Shown here in pieces: positions 43,723 through 52,527 of a stretch of DNA of 64,000 nucleotides. The DNA is from an uncultured Myxococcales bacterium (GTDB taxonomy: Bacteria; Myxococcota_A; UBA9042; CAIXZC01). The stretch spans positions 4,822 through 68,821 of the forward strand of contig CAZVFX010000002.1 of the NCBI GenBank assembly GCA_964626565.1, in the 5' to 3' direction. The notes beneath the pieces were generated by a model. That model was not told where the DNA came from. It made no database searches and was given only the letters and a program-made list of their open reading frames with translations. Numbering within the stretch: the first letter of the stretch is position 1; every line of letters starts with the position of its first letter. A program made the position numbers and the translations under genes.

Positions 43723-44577
43723 ATGAAGGTGAAATGGATAGGGATTTTGTTGATGGCGACGGCAGCCTTTGTGCTTGGCTGCAGCTCTGGCGGCGGCGGC
43801 GAGGAAGCTGTGGACCCGGGTAGGAAAGTTGGTAAGGGCGACTGCCCGGATTGCGACCCGGCGGGACCCAGCGCATTTGAGCAGGCGAACATGGGACTTC
43901 GGTTCTACCTGGTCGGCGATGCCTGGCAGGTGGCCTATCAGTTCAAGGTGCGCAACGATATGGCTCGTGAGACCCTGAAGGCCCAGCAGCTCCCCGCAGA
44001 GCCGGCGGAATTGCAGGCGGTTCTCCAGGACAACCGGGTGAGCGTCTCCGACCCTTACCTTTTTGACTATGAAGTGCTGGCGGTGAACCGGGCCGTAATC
44101 GACAACGTCCAGCGGGACGTGGCCAAGGTCAACGTGTCCCAGGGCACGCCCGATGACTTTGCCCAGTTCTCGGCCGACCGCCTCGACACCCACGAATACG
44201 CGCTGCAGTTCGAACTCGATGACCTGTTGCGCCCGGTTCGTGAGACCTTCTTCAACCGGGAATACCCCCACGGCAAGACCATCGAGGTCGACAAAGAGTC
44301 CTCCCTCTCCGCACTGGAGTCGGGCTCCAACCTGTTCCCTCACACTGTGCCGAGAGTACTGGTAGCGGCTCCGGCGGGCGAAGTGCCGGTGATGACCGCT
44401 GAGCTGGAGGCTATTGCCGACAGCAAGGTCCCCGGGTGGCGGAACGACAGCTACATGAAATACGCCTTCCCCAACGGCGACGTGGTCTTCTGGGCCACCG
44501 GCAAACCGTGGCCGTTCTACGTGGACAGCCAGCAGGGCTACGGGCTGCTTGTCAACATGACCCTGATGGCACGGTAA
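43723..44577 (+). CDS. Hypothetical lipoprotein.
   Basis: Lipobox FVLGCSSGGGG. No recognisable domain. Confidence 0.55.
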   Translation: MKVKWIGILLMATAAFVLGCSSGGGGEEAVDPGRKVGKGDCPDCDPAGPSAFEQANMGLRFYLVGDAWQVAYQFKVRNDMARETLKAQQLPAEPAELQAVLQDNRVSVSDPYLFDYEVLAVNRAVIDNVQRDVAKVNVSQGTPDDFAQFSADRLDTHEYALQFELDDLLRPVRETFFNREYPHGKTIEVDKESSLSALESGSNLFPHTVPRVLVAAPAGEVPVMTAELEAIADSKVPGWRNDSYMKYAFPNGDVVFWATGKPWPFYVDSQQGYGLLVNMTLMAR

Positions 44578-44590
44578 AGGAGGGCCAACA

Positions 44591-46408
44591 ATGAAATTTT
44601 CACCAATCGCGATAGCAATAGCCATTATGTTCGCAACGACCAGCGTCTTCGCAGCCTATGAAGACTACAACAAGCGGTACGGCGAGTACCGGTTCACCAA
44701 GCTGAAGGAGAAGGCCAGCGTTTCCAAGAACGTGTGGGTCGGCTCCTGGTGGGCGTACAAGTCCGACGGCCTGGCCAATCGCTTCCGGGCCGGATATGGC
44801 GACACCAAGTACCAGCCCCTCGCCGAGGGCGTCGACCGGGATAAGCTCTCTCCCGCCGAGAAGATCGACTGGCTGGAAGGCCGCTTGGACAAGATTGAAT
44901 ACGACGCGATCAAAGCCTATATCGACAAGAAGGACGAGATCGGCAATGACGTGGACTCCTGGATCGAGGAGCGGCGGGAGCTGGTCCATACTCTCAACCG
45001 CATGATCGAAGAGAACCAGGGCAACGCCGACTTCAATTGGCAGGACACGGAAGAGGGTAAGAAGTACGTCGAATTGGGTGAGAAGATCGAGGAGAAACAG
45101 GGCGAACTCAAAGACCTCGACTTCATCGCTGATACCGCCTACGAATGGGAAATCAAGGAGCACGGCAACTACCAGTTTGGCGTTGGCAGTTGGTGGGGCC
45201 ACTGCAACGCCTGGGCCGCGGCGGCCGTCATGGAGCCGGAGCCGGTAAAGGACGCAGTGATCAACGAGATTCCGTTCAACGTGGGCGACATCAAGGGACT
45301 GCTCACCGAGACGTGGATGGAGTGCAACTCCTCCTTCTTCGGCTCGCGCTGCGATCGCCACAAGGATGAGTCGGATCGGGAGAAGATCGACTACACCGAC
45401 GTTACTCCCGCCGCCTTCCACATTTTCTACTCCGATCAGATCGGCAACCTGGACAAGTCCTTCGTCATCGATGCCTACACCGGCGACCAGGTTTGGAACC
45501 ATCCCATCAAGTCCTACTGGGCACAGTGTGAGCCTCAGTACGAGACCCCCGAGGGCGGCGACGCCGCGGCCGAGAAGGTCGAGGTCAAGCTCACCCACTA
45601 TGGCGGCTGGTACGGTGGCGACCCGGAGATCAAGGACTTGGGCGAAAAGGATGTCTACCCGGTCTTGTGCTCCACCACCTTCCACTACGTCAGCGACGGC
45701 GTGGGCCACGATGTTCTCACCGAGCCCTACGACTTCGACTCCATGACCCACGACAAGTTCAAGAGCTATCACTCCGGCCACTTCCACAAGCGGACGCTGT
45801 CGTACGTGCTCTGGCTGACCGCGCCCATGGATGACGATAACGCCCGCATCATCGGCGACGGCGAATGGAATCACGGCGCCACGTCAGGTTACACCGACCT
45901 GCACCCGGACTTCATGTGGCAGCCCACCGGCAACGGCAACGACTCGAATCGTGTTTACGAAAACGAGTTCGTGGACTACAACACTCTCATCAACGACCTT
46001 CTGCCGCAGATGATCGCCGGTCACGAAGACCCCGAGGTTGAGGGGGCCGAGTTTGCCTCCACCGACACCCCGGTAGAGATTCCCGACGCAGCCCCCGGCG
46101 GTGTCATGGGAGTGCCCGCAGTCAGCGTCATCAACGTCGACCAGGACGTGACCATCAACGAGCTCACTGTGACCGTTGACATCACCCACACCTACGTGGG
46201 CGACCTGCAGTTGATCGTGAACCACGACGGAAAAGACGAGATCATCAAACCCTTTGAAGAAGGGGGCGGTGACGACAACCTTCAGCGTACCTACGACGTG
46301 AAAGCCTATGACGGCAACAGCGCCAAGGGCGAGTGGAAACTCACGGTCATCGACCAGTGGGAGAAGGACACCGGTCGGATCAACTCCTGGAAAATCGCGG
46401 TTAAGTAG
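44591..46408 (+). CDS. Secreted protein with a C-terminal proprotein-convertase P-domain and an N-terminal region carrying a conserved Cys/His motif (WWGHCNAWAAAAV).
   Basis: Signal peptide MKFSPIAIAIAIMFATTSVFA. C-terminal VTVDITHTYVGDLQLIVNHDGK...GEWKLTVIDQWEKDTGRINSWKIAV matches the P-domain. RBS AAGGAGG. Confidence 0.6.
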   Translation: MKFSPIAIAIAIMFATTSVFAAYEDYNKRYGEYRFTKLKEKASVSKNVWVGSWWAYKSDGLANRFRAGYGDTKYQPLAEGVDRDKLSPAEKIDWLEGRLDKIEYDAIKAYIDKKDEIGNDVDSWIEERRELVHTLNRMIEENQGNADFNWQDTEEGKKYVELGEKIEEKQGELKDLDFIADTAYEWEIKEHGNYQFGVGSWWGHCNAWAAAAVMEPEPVKDAVINEIPFNVGDIKGLLTETWMECNSSFFGSRCDRHKDESDREKIDYTDVTPAAFHIFYSDQIGNLDKSFVIDAYTGDQVWNHPIKSYWAQCEPQYETPEGGDAAAEKVEVKLTHYGGWYGGDPEIKDLGEKDVYPVLCSTTFHYVSDGVGHDVLTEPYDFDSMTHDKFKSYHSGHFHKRTLSYVLWLTAPMDDDNARIIGDGEWNHGATSGYTDLHPDFMWQPTGNGNDSNRVYENEFVDYNTLINDLLPQMIAGHEDPEVEGAEFASTDTPVEIPDAAPGGVMGVPAVSVINVDQDVTINELTVTVDITHTYVGDLQLIVNHDGKDEIIKPFEEGGGDDNLQRTYDVKAYDGNSAKGEWKLTVIDQWEKDTGRINSWKIAVK

Positions 46409-46417
46409 ACGAGAAGC

Positions 46418-46464
46418 AGTTTTCAATTATCAATTCACGGCTAACGGCTAACGGCTAACGGCTT
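46418..46464. repeat. Heptanucleotide tandem repeats CAGTTTT CAATTAT CAATTCA (CGGCTAA)3 CGGC immediately after the stop codon.
   Basis: Read directly from sequence. The ACGGCTA repeat is identical to 9181-9204. Confidence 0.65.
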
Positions 46465-46505
46465 TACTTGCCTTCGGCGGCAGTCTGTTCTACTACCAAG
46501 GGACT

Positions 46506-49340
46506 ATGAGATACCTTCTCTACGTCTGCTTTCTTCTCTCCGGTATTACCGGACTTGTGTACGAGGTTGTCTGGGGCAAATATCTGACCCTTTTCATCGG
46601 CGCCACCAGCTACGCCCACACCATCGTGTTGGGCACTTTCATGGGCGGCCTCGCGCTTGGCAACATGATCTTCGGAAGACTGTGCGACCGGAAGGTGGGA
46701 AAACTGAAGCTCTACGCTTTCCTGGAACTGGGTATCGGCCTTACATGCGCCCTCTTTCCCGTAGCATTTGATCTGCTGTCGGGCGCGTATCTGCACCTGG
46801 CGTCATCGAACCCGGAAGCGTGGGGGAATCTGGCGTTAAAATTTCTGTTTGCGGCGGTGGCGATTCTTGTTCCTACCATTCTCATGGGCGGGACGCTGCC
46901 GGTGCTGTCCAAATACATCATCGCTCGGCTCGACGAGGTGGGCAGCAAGGTGGGCTGGCTATACTTCATCAACTCGCTGGGTGCTGTGTTCGGTTGCGGG
47001 TTGGCCGGTTTCCACCTCATCAGGACCTTTGGCCTTCAGCTCACAATGGTCCTGGGCGCTACCGTCAACATCATCATCGGCCTCGTCTTTCTGTACCTCA
47101 AGCGATACGAGGAGTCTTCCGATGCTGAAGCACCCGCCGCATCGGAAACGCCGGAAGCGGCCGTCCGACAGTACACCGACGCCCAGGTGAAGTGGACCAT
47201 GGTCTTCATCTGCGCGTCCGGTTTTCTCACCATGGTTTACGAGTTGGCGTGGATCAGGTTGTTGAGCCTGGTGATGGGCTCGTCTACATATTCCTTCTCC
47301 ATTATGCTCATGACCTTCATCGGCGGGATCACCATCGGTGGATTGCTGGTCTCCGCACTCATGCGCAAAGATCGAGACGCGCTGAAATGGTTTGCCATCT
47401 CGGAGTTGGGGGTTTTTGTCTCCCTCTTCCTCATGCTCCCGCTCTATGAGCGGCTGCCCTACTTCTTCCACGTGCTCTCCACTCTGCTGGTGCGTTCCCC
47501 TGATACCTTTTCCCTCTACATCGGCACCAAGGTGCTGGTGTGCTTCCTGCTGATGGCGGTTCCCACCATCTTCATCGGTATGACGCTTCCCCTGGCCAGC
47601 CGCATCTGCGTTCGCCGGATCCGCATCTTGGGCGCGGGCGTAGGTTCCGTGTTTTCGGTGAACACCGCGGGCAACCTACTGGGTGCGAGCCTTGCCGGCC
47701 TTGTAATCATTCCCACATTGGGCATTCAATGGTCTATGGAACTGGGCATCCTGGCGTCGGGAATCCTGGGAGCGGGACTGCTCGCAGTTCGGCCCGGAAC
47801 TCCGGTCAGGCGTTTCGTCGCTTTCCCGGTTTTGGTCGCGGCCTTTGGCCTGTTCGTTCTGCTGGTCCCACAGTGGAACCTGGTGGAGCTGAACACCGGC
47901 CTCTATCGCTATCGCGACCGGGTCGCACCCTCCTACAACGACTTCAGGGCGGCCATGGATCGCTCCGACGTGCTTTACCACAAAGACGGTGCGGACATGT
48001 CGGTCGTGGTTTTGAAGTCCAAGAAGGATGGTAAGGTGAGGTTAAAAGTCAACGGCAAGACCGATGCGGGCACCGGTGGGGACATGAGCACCCAGATTCT
48101 GCTGGGCCAGATCCCCATGTTGCTGCACGAAGCTCCGAAAAAGGCCCTGGTCATCGGCCTCGGCAGCGGGATTACCGTCGGCTCGGTGCTCACTCACCCG
48201 GTGGACGCGGTGGATGTAGTCGAGATCTCCCCCGAGGTGGTGGAGGCGTCACGCTTTTTCGACCACGTGAGCGGCGCGCCCCTGGATGACCAGCGGGTAA
48301 AACTCTCCGTCAGCGACGCCAAAGATTTTCTGCACCTTCAACCTGACGCCAAATATGATGCGATAGTGTCTGAGCCGTCGAACCCCTGGATCGCCGGCAT
48401 CGGGAACCTGTTTACCATCGAGTTCTTCGCCGAGGCGAAACAGCACCTCGGCGCGGGCGGGATCATGATCCAGTGGATCCACGCCTACGAGATGAACGAC
48501 GAAACCCTGGAGATCATTTTCAACAGCTTCAGCCACGTTTTCCCCCACGTCACCGTGTGGCATCCCCGCAACGCAGACATTATCCTGGCAGGCTCTGCAA
48601 CACCGCTTGCGGTCTCCTTCGAAGAACTCGAGCGCCGTATCGCTACTCCCGCGGTCCGCGCCGATCTCAACCGTCCCGGCGGCACCGCCGCGATTCGGAA
48701 TGCCGTTGATTTTCTGTCGGTGCAGATCCTCGGGCCCGCCGCGTTCAAGACTGCGTACCCGGGCAAGGAGAATCTTAACTCCGACCTGTTTCCTACCCTT
48801 GAATACGAGGCGCCCAAGACTTTTTACCTGGGGGAGAAAGCGGTGGATTTCTATCGCCGGGATGAGCGCCTCCGCCCTCGCCGCTACACCGGTCTGTTAC
48901 TCCACGGCTATCTTGGGGAGCGAGAGCCTACCGATCGCGAACTGGAGCAATTTATCCGTTTCTTCTCCGAGGGCAGATCCCGCACCGACGATCTACACAT
49001 GAAACGGCTGCTCTACCTCCTCATCGTGCGCAATATGCAAACCGGCGCCCCTTCCCCCGCTCACCTGGACGAATACCTGGCCCGGGGAAATCACGCGCTG
49101 TACGGCCAGCTCGCGCTGTGGCGCACCAAGATAGCCGACGGCAACATGTCCCCCGCGGCCTGGGCCGCCTACCGCCGCTTCGAAGCGGAAAGCCTGAAGA
49201 ACACCGTCTCTATTTTCGCCACCCCCGACACCACATGGTACGAGCAGGCCTGGCAACAGTGCATCGACCTCTTCCCCGCCGAAGCAAGGGCCCTCGAAAA
49301 CGAAAAGCACCAGCTTTATCGCCTCATCGGCCTGCAGTAG
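46506..49340 (+). CDS. Fused membrane protein: N-terminal ~14-TM (MFS-like) domain, spermidine-synthase-like methyltransferase-fold domain, and a C-terminal helical extension.
   Basis: LYVCFLLSGITGLVYEVVWGKYLT is the typical start of the membrane-bound spermidine synthase family. Class-I MTase/aminopropyltransferase motifs VIGLGSGITVGSV...VDVVEISPEVVEASRFF...DAIVSEPSNPW. Confidence 0.65.
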   Translation: MRYLLYVCFLLSGITGLVYEVVWGKYLTLFIGATSYAHTIVLGTFMGGLALGNMIFGRLCDRKVGKLKLYAFLELGIGLTCALFPVAFDLLSGAYLHLASSNPEAWGNLALKFLFAAVAILVPTILMGGTLPVLSKYIIARLDEVGSKVGWLYFINSLGAVFGCGLAGFHLIRTFGLQLTMVLGATVNIIIGLVFLYLKRYEESSDAEAPAASETPEAAVRQYTDAQVKWTMVFICASGFLTMVYELAWIRLLSLVMGSSTYSFSIMLMTFIGGITIGGLLVSALMRKDRDALKWFAISELGVFVSLFLMLPLYERLPYFFHVLSTLLVRSPDTFSLYIGTKVLVCFLLMAVPTIFIGMTLPLASRICVRRIRILGAGVGSVFSVNTAGNLLGASLAGLVIIPTLGIQWSMELGILASGILGAGLLAVRPGTPVRRFVAFPVLVAAFGLFVLLVPQWNLVELNTGLYRYRDRVAPSYNDFRAAMDRSDVLYHKDGADMSVVVLKSKKDGKVRLKVNGKTDAGTGGDMSTQILLGQIPMLLHEAPKKALVIGLGSGITVGSVLTHPVDAVDVVEISPEVVEASRFFDHVSGAPLDDQRVKLSVSDAKDFLHLQPDAKYDAIVSEPSNPWIAGIGNLFTIEFFAEAKQHLGAGGIMIQWIHAYEMNDETLEIIFNSFSHVFPHVTVWHPRNADIILAGSATPLAVSFEELERRIATPAVRADLNRPGGTAAIRNAVDFLSVQILGPAAFKTAYPGKENLNSDLFPTLEYEAPKTFYLGEKAVDFYRRDERLRPRRYTGLLLHGYLGEREPTDRELEQFIRFFSEGRSRTDDLHMKRLLYLLIVRNMQTGAPSPAHLDEYLARGNHALYGQLALWRTKIADGNMSPAAWAAYRRFEAESLKNTVSIFATPDTTWYEQAWQQCIDLFPAEARALENEKHQLYRLIGLQ

Positions 49341-49410
49341 AACTTGCAAAACCCTGCCTTTTAGTCTAGCTTCTCGTGAGCTTGGAACGAGTGCTTGGAG
49401 GGTTTGAAGA

Positions 49411-51180
49411 ATGAAGTTTATCGAAGATGCAAAAAGAACTCACTACTGCGGTGAACTCCGGGGGACCGACGACGGAGCCAACGTGGTCATCATGGGCTGG
49501 GTCCACCAGGTGCGCGATATGGGCGGCCAGGTGTTTGTGCTGCTGAGAGACCGGACCGGGCTGGTGCAGCTCAAGTTCGACAAAGACTCGAAAGCGTTCG
49601 AGGCGGGCGGCGACTTGCGCCAGGAGTGGGTAATCGCCGCAGCCGGCAAAGTCGAGCACCGGGGTGACCACATTAATCCCGACATGGCCACCGGTGAGGT
49701 GGAAGTGGCGGTGACCGAACTGGAAGTGCTCAACCAGTCCGCCACCGTGCCTTTCGTCATCAGGGACGAAACCGATGCGCACGAGGATTTGAGGCTGAAA
49801 TATCGCTACCTCGACCTCAGAAGGCCTTCGGTCCAGCAGAAACTCATCCTGCGGCACAAAGCCACCGCGGCGGCTCGCCGGTACTTCGAAGAAGCCGGCT
49901 TCATCGAAATTGAAACGCCTCTGCTCATGAAGAGCACTCCCGAAGGGGCCCGTGACTTCCTGGTGCCTTCCCGGATGCACAAAGGCAGTTTTTACGCGCT
50001 GCCCCAGTCGCCGCAGATCTTCAAGCAGATTTCCATGATCGCGGGCTTCGATCGTTACTATCAGATCGCGCGCTGCTTCAGGGATGAGGACTTGAGGGCC
50101 GACCGGCAACTCGAGTTCACCCAGATCGACGTGGAGATGTCCTTTATCAACGAAGAAGATCTCATGTCCGTGATGGAAGGGCTCATGGCCCAGATGTCCA
50201 GCGAACTCCACGGCCGCAAACTCGAATTGCCCTTGCCGCGCATCCCCTATGCCGAAGCGATGGACCGCTTCGGCAAGGACGCCCCCGACCTGCGGTTCGG
50301 CATGGAGCTCAAAGATGCATCCGCCGTCTTTGCTGGCTCGGGATTCGGCGTATTCAAGAGCATCGTGGAAGGTGGCGGCACCGTGCGGGGCATTTGCGTG
50401 CCCGGCGGGGCAGGCAAATCCCGCAAGCAGATCGAATCGCTGACCCCGGTGGCCGCACCTTACGGAGCCAAGGGGATCGCGTGGGTGAAGGTTACGGGCG
50501 AAGGATTCTCCGGCTCAATCGCCAAGTTCCTGGACGAGGCAGCCCAGGCCGAGGTGGTGAAGCTGTTCGACGCCAACGAAGGCGACCTGCTGTTGTTCGT
50601 GGGCGGCGACGCGGGAGTCGTGCTCCCGTCACTCGCGGCCTTGCGCTCCCACCTGGGACCGGAAATCTATCCCGAGCGCGTCGGTGATTTCAAGTTCTGC
50701 TGGGTCTATGATTTCCCCATGTTCGAGTACAACGAGGAAGACGACCGCTACGTAGCCATGCACCACCCGTTCACCCAGCCCAAACCCGACGACCTGCACC
50801 TGCTGGAGACCGAGCCGGGAAAAGTCCGGGCCAGGGCCTACGACATGGTGCTCAACGGCGTGGAACTGGGCGGCGGCTCAATCAGAATCCATACCCCGGA
50901 ACTGCAGAGCAAGGTGTTCGCAGCCCTGGGCATCGGCGAGGAGGAAGCGCAGCATAAGTTCGGCTTCCTTCTCGAAGCGCTGAAATACGGCACCCCGCCC
51001 CACGGCGGCATCGCGTTCGGCATGGACCGGGTCGTCATGCTGTTCGCCGGCTCAGACTCCATCCGCGAAGTGATAGCCTACCCCAAAACCACCAGCGGCA
51101 CCGACCTCATGGCCGGCTCCCCCACCACCGTAGACTCTCGCCAGCTCAAAGAACTGGGCATCGACTTAGCGAAGAAGTAG
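49411..51180 (+). CDS. aspS: Aspartate--tRNA ligase.
   Basis: N-terminal OB fold. Class II motifs FRDEDLRADRQLEFTQID, and GGGSIRIH...GMDRVVML. Confidence 0.9.
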   Translation: MKFIEDAKRTHYCGELRGTDDGANVVIMGWVHQVRDMGGQVFVLLRDRTGLVQLKFDKDSKAFEAGGDLRQEWVIAAAGKVEHRGDHINPDMATGEVEVAVTELEVLNQSATVPFVIRDETDAHEDLRLKYRYLDLRRPSVQQKLILRHKATAAARRYFEEAGFIEIETPLLMKSTPEGARDFLVPSRMHKGSFYALPQSPQIFKQISMIAGFDRYYQIARCFRDEDLRADRQLEFTQIDVEMSFINEEDLMSVMEGLMAQMSSELHGRKLELPLPRIPYAEAMDRFGKDAPDLRFGMELKDASAVFAGSGFGVFKSIVEGGGTVRGICVPGGAGKSRKQIESLTPVAAPYGAKGIAWVKVTGEGFSGSIAKFLDEAAQAEVVKLFDANEGDLLLFVGGDAGVVLPSLAALRSHLGPEIYPERVGDFKFCWVYDFPMFEYNEEDDRYVAMHHPFTQPKPDDLHLLETEPGKVRARAYDMVLNGVELGGGSIRIHTPELQSKVFAALGIGEEEAQHKFGFLLEALKYGTPPHGGIAFGMDRVVMLFAGSDSIREVIAYPKTTSGTDLMAGSPTTVDSRQLKELGIDLAKK

Positions 51181-51260
51181 TCTTGGAACGGCTTTAAGCA
51201 TGAAAACCGGGAGTGGAGCTCGAGCACCAGCCCTTCGACTTGCCGCCAGGGCGGCTGCGC

Positions 51261-52349
51261 TCAGGGTGAACAGGGCGGGATCCACTTCTCCTTCACATAC
51301 CAATCCAGCACATCTTTGATGGCTGAGCGGTACGTGTTAAAGGTGTATTCGAAGCCGGTGGCGGAGAGTTTTGCTGCGTCGAAGACGGAATCCCGCACGG
51401 CATAGCCCATCATCTCCTTGTCGATTTTGGGCGTCAGGTCGTCGGTGAGGTTGAACTTCTTGCGCAATCGCTTCCAGAGCATGCCGGACCCGAGGTTGAG
51501 GGCGGTGAAAAGCTCCGGGCGGGAGGCGATGGGAAGGATCTGCTGCATTACCGGCTTGGGCGGGATGAAGATGGTGGGGAAAGGCAGCACCGTCATGCCG
51601 TACTCCTCCGCCGCGACGTTGAAGAACTCGGAAAAGGGGAGCACGTCATCGTTGGCCACGTTGTAAACTTCGGTGTCCTCGCCGTTCTTCAACACGTGCA
51701 GGGCCGCGCGGGCGACATCCAAGGCGTGCACGGCGTTGGTCCTCGGACCACCGCTTAGTCGTGGCGAGAAGCCCAGAGTGTGCTTCAAGATGGGCGGCGC
51801 CACGCATACGGCGGCCAACAAGGCGGTGGAAAACGGCCCGATGATCAGAGCCGGTCGTAGCATGGTGAGGTGGGGTTCCGCACCATCCAACTTGCTTCTG
51901 AGCAGGGCTTTCTCCGCCAGAAATTTGCTCTTCTCGTAAAACCCCCCCGGTTCCTGGGGATCGGTCTCCACGATGGGCCGGTCCTGTCCCTGGTAGGTGG
52001 ACGCGGAGGAGAAGAAGACGAAGCGCTCTATGCCGCACTCCACTGCCTTGTTCCACAGCCACACCGTGGCGTCCAGGTTCACTGCCTTGAGCACCTCCCA
52101 TGGAAGACCTATGTTCAGCGCGGCCCCGGCGTGGATGATGTGGTCGACGCCGTAGGGGAGGTCTTCGACGAACTGCCGGTCGGTGAGGTCGCCCCGGACC
52201 TCTTTGACCCGGCTGCCTCCGAAGGCGAAGGGCTTTCCGGGCAGGTCAGTAGCCTTGACCTTGTATCCGGCGGAGAGCAACTCCCGGACGAGGTAGGTGC
52301 CGACCCCGCCTCCGGCTCCGGTAACAAGTACGGTCTCGCGATATGCCAT
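51261..52349 (-). CDS. NAD-dependent epimerase/dehydratase (extended SDR).
   Basis: MAYRETVLVTGAGGGVGTYLVREL Rossmann motif a few residues from the start. The listed ORF has a GTG 17 codons upstream. Confidence 0.7.
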   Translation of the reverse strand: MAYRETVLVTGAGGGVGTYLVRELLSAGYKVKATDLPGKPFAFGGSRVKEVRGDLTDRQFVEDLPYGVDHIIHAGAALNIGLPWEVLKAVNLDATVWLWNKAVECGIERFVFFSSASTYQGQDRPIVETDPQEPGGFYEKSKFLAEKALLRSKLDGAEPHLTMLRPALIIGPFSTALLAAVCVAPPILKHTLGFSPRLSGGPRTNAVHALDVARAALHVLKNGEDTEVYNVANDDVLPFSEFFNVAAEEYGMTVLPFPTIFIPPKPVMQQILPIASRPELFTALNLGSGMLWKRLRKKFNLTDDLTPKIDKEMMGYAVRDSVFDAAKLSATGFEYTFNTYRSAIKDVLDWYVKEKWIPPCSP

Positions 52350-52527
52350 GGCTTCGCCTCCGTGCTGGTATTTTGACGCAACGTGGGCATTATAACGCAC
52401 CGCGGCATGGAATACAACTACTTTGCAACATGTTTAAAGTCCCGGTGTCATTTTCTAGGACCTTTGCAAACCCCGGCCTTGAATGTACAATGGCCGGGTC
52501 ATTATTTTCCAGCTGTGGAGGACGCGG

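Noticed and set aside
44600-45874. 424-aa minus-strand ORF opposite the P-domain protein gene
   Set aside because: The + strand protein has a signal peptide, an RBS and a recognisable P-domain. The antisense product is V/G/D low-complexity.
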